From positions 69,318,001 to 69,382,000 of the forward strand of contig CM059432.1 of assembly GCA_030390025.1 (NCBI GenBank): a stretch of DNA of 64,000 bases. The letters run 5' to 3'. Shown piece by piece: positions 62,657-64,000 of the stretch. The notes beneath the pieces were generated by a model. That model ran no database searches. It saw only the letters and a program-made list of their open reading frames with translations, and was not told the DNA's origin. Both the position numbers and the translations under genes were made by a program. This DNA is from Squalus acanthias (taxonomy: Eukaryota). The first letter of the stretch is position 1; each line of letters opens with the position of its first letter.

Positions 62657-63423
62657 GGGCCAGAAATTTGGTTTTCCGGCTTCCTGCGGGTGCAAGCATC
62701 GCGCACGTACTTACCTACCGAGCCTGCCGTTGTGTTTTGGGCCCATGAGAACTTCGGGTCCTGGGCCTCCTCCAGCTGCCGGCGCGCAGTGCTTGCGTGT
62801 CCCAGGGGCGCAGTTAGTTCGAAGTGTCCCCTGGGATCACGTGGGCCATGCATGGAGAGCCAATCCTAGCAGGCCATTTTCATTCATCGATTTGACAGGA
62901 AGACCTGTCAAATCTATGAATTGAAATCGGCCCCAAAACAACACCTAAACTTCAAATAAATTTAACAAAAAACATCACATTTTTAAAATAACTATAAGTT
63001 AAATAAATTAACTACTTTAAACAAAAATTTAAATTTTTGAAAAAATTGAAATACTTTTTAACGGTGCTAAAAATAAACTTACCTTTCTTTAAAGTATCTA
63101 AAAAAGATAAACCTGTTGAAAATTTTTTAAATTGTAATTAATTAACCACTTACCTTGTTAAAAACGGGTCTTGCGCCTTCTTTTTAAAAGCGCAGCTTCT
63201 TCCATACTTACCTTCCCGGAGAAATCTGAAAAAAAAATGAAGTTCGCTGCGTGCGCGCAGCCTCTCTCGCGCACGCGGTTCACCTCTGAACCCCTCCCTT
63301 CACGAGACCGGAAGTTCCGGTTTCCCGCGCATGCGCAGTGCATGCAGGAAACCGGCACTTCAAGTGGCCTTACGGGTGAGTACACAGCGCGTACTCACCC
63401 GACAAGCGCCAAATTTCTGGGCC
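62657..63423. mobile_element. Harbinger-type MITE, copy 2 (related subfamily, same orientation)
   Basis: TIR gggccagaaatttgg / ccaaatttctgggcc; collinear with 61383-62145. Confidence 0.85.
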
Positions 63424-63589
63424 ATATATGTGTTTACCATTTTAAGACCTGTTCCACAGTGTTCAACCTATTTAACCATAATGTTGATGAATTCATATTT
63501 TTTATTTCACATTTATACTTTATATGCATTATAAATCAGACGATGTGGAGTAGAATTTTAAAGTTATCTAATTAGAATGTTACAGCAAT

Positions 63590-63650
63590 GAAACAACAAC
63601 AATTTGCATTTATATGACATCTTTAACGTAGTAAAAATGTCCCAAGGGTA
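63590..63650 (-). mobile_element. L2-type 3' tail
   Basis: aacaacaacaatttgcatttatatg..tttaacgtagtaaaaatgtcccaagg. Confidence 0.65.
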
Positions 63651-64000
63651 GTTAAAATCAAGGCCAATAGCTTTAATCTTCTCAATGCTTAGGTAGAGGA
63701 AATCACTTGAATTAATTGAATACAAGCCTGTGTGTTTAAGAAATGGTAATAATATTACTTGATACTGCTACAGTCAGGAATGGATGGACAGCATGGCCCA
63801 GATTTAGGTCTGTTTTCATGATTTCTTGGCTGAAAGCGATCAGTTTGCTTCTCCAGGTGCAGCAATAATGCACAACCCCTTTCAAGAAAAGTACACCTCC
63901 TGCTGTCTAAACCACAGAACAGCCTCATCTTGTGGCTGTTGAAGGTTATTATAGAGATTAGCGTCTAGGCCTCATAGATGAATGAAATTGAGATATGGCA

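Noticed and set aside
63204..63213. ATACTTACCT as a U1 snRNA gene
   Set aside because: Only the first 10 nt match; no U1 body follows.

Overview
Repeat-saturated, gene-poor vertebrate DNA. The repeat content (CR1/L2 LINEs, Deu-domain SINE, Neptune-type Penelope elements, abundant Harbinger elements) points to a cartilaginous fish (shark); this is inferred, not searched. No host protein-coding gene can be supported. Main elements: (1) a 5'-truncated Penelope-like retroelement (RT + GIY-YIG, 441-2557) and two families of Penelope pseudo-LTR (pLTR) fragments carrying minimal hammerhead ribozymes. These include a ~240 bp near-perfect palindrome with an intact hammerhead core on each strand and a 14-bp TSD (60156-60396), and a 95-bp hammerhead mini-insertion with a TSD (57023-57117); both sit in CR1 3' ends. 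(2) A nested Harbinger locus (11806-22325) whose Myb/SANT gene is interrupted by a deleted Gypsy element, a CR1 fragment and a second, near-intact Harbinger (16271-20455; TAA TSD, 3-exon Myb gene plus DDE transposase, three visible lesions). (3) Many Myb-retaining Harbinger deletion derivatives and MITEs. (4) CR1, L2, RTE and Vingi LINE fragments and ancient SINEs (Deu-type, AmnSINE2-like, LF-SINE-like). Family names come from recalled motifs and were not checked against a database. Boundaries of old fragments are approximate.
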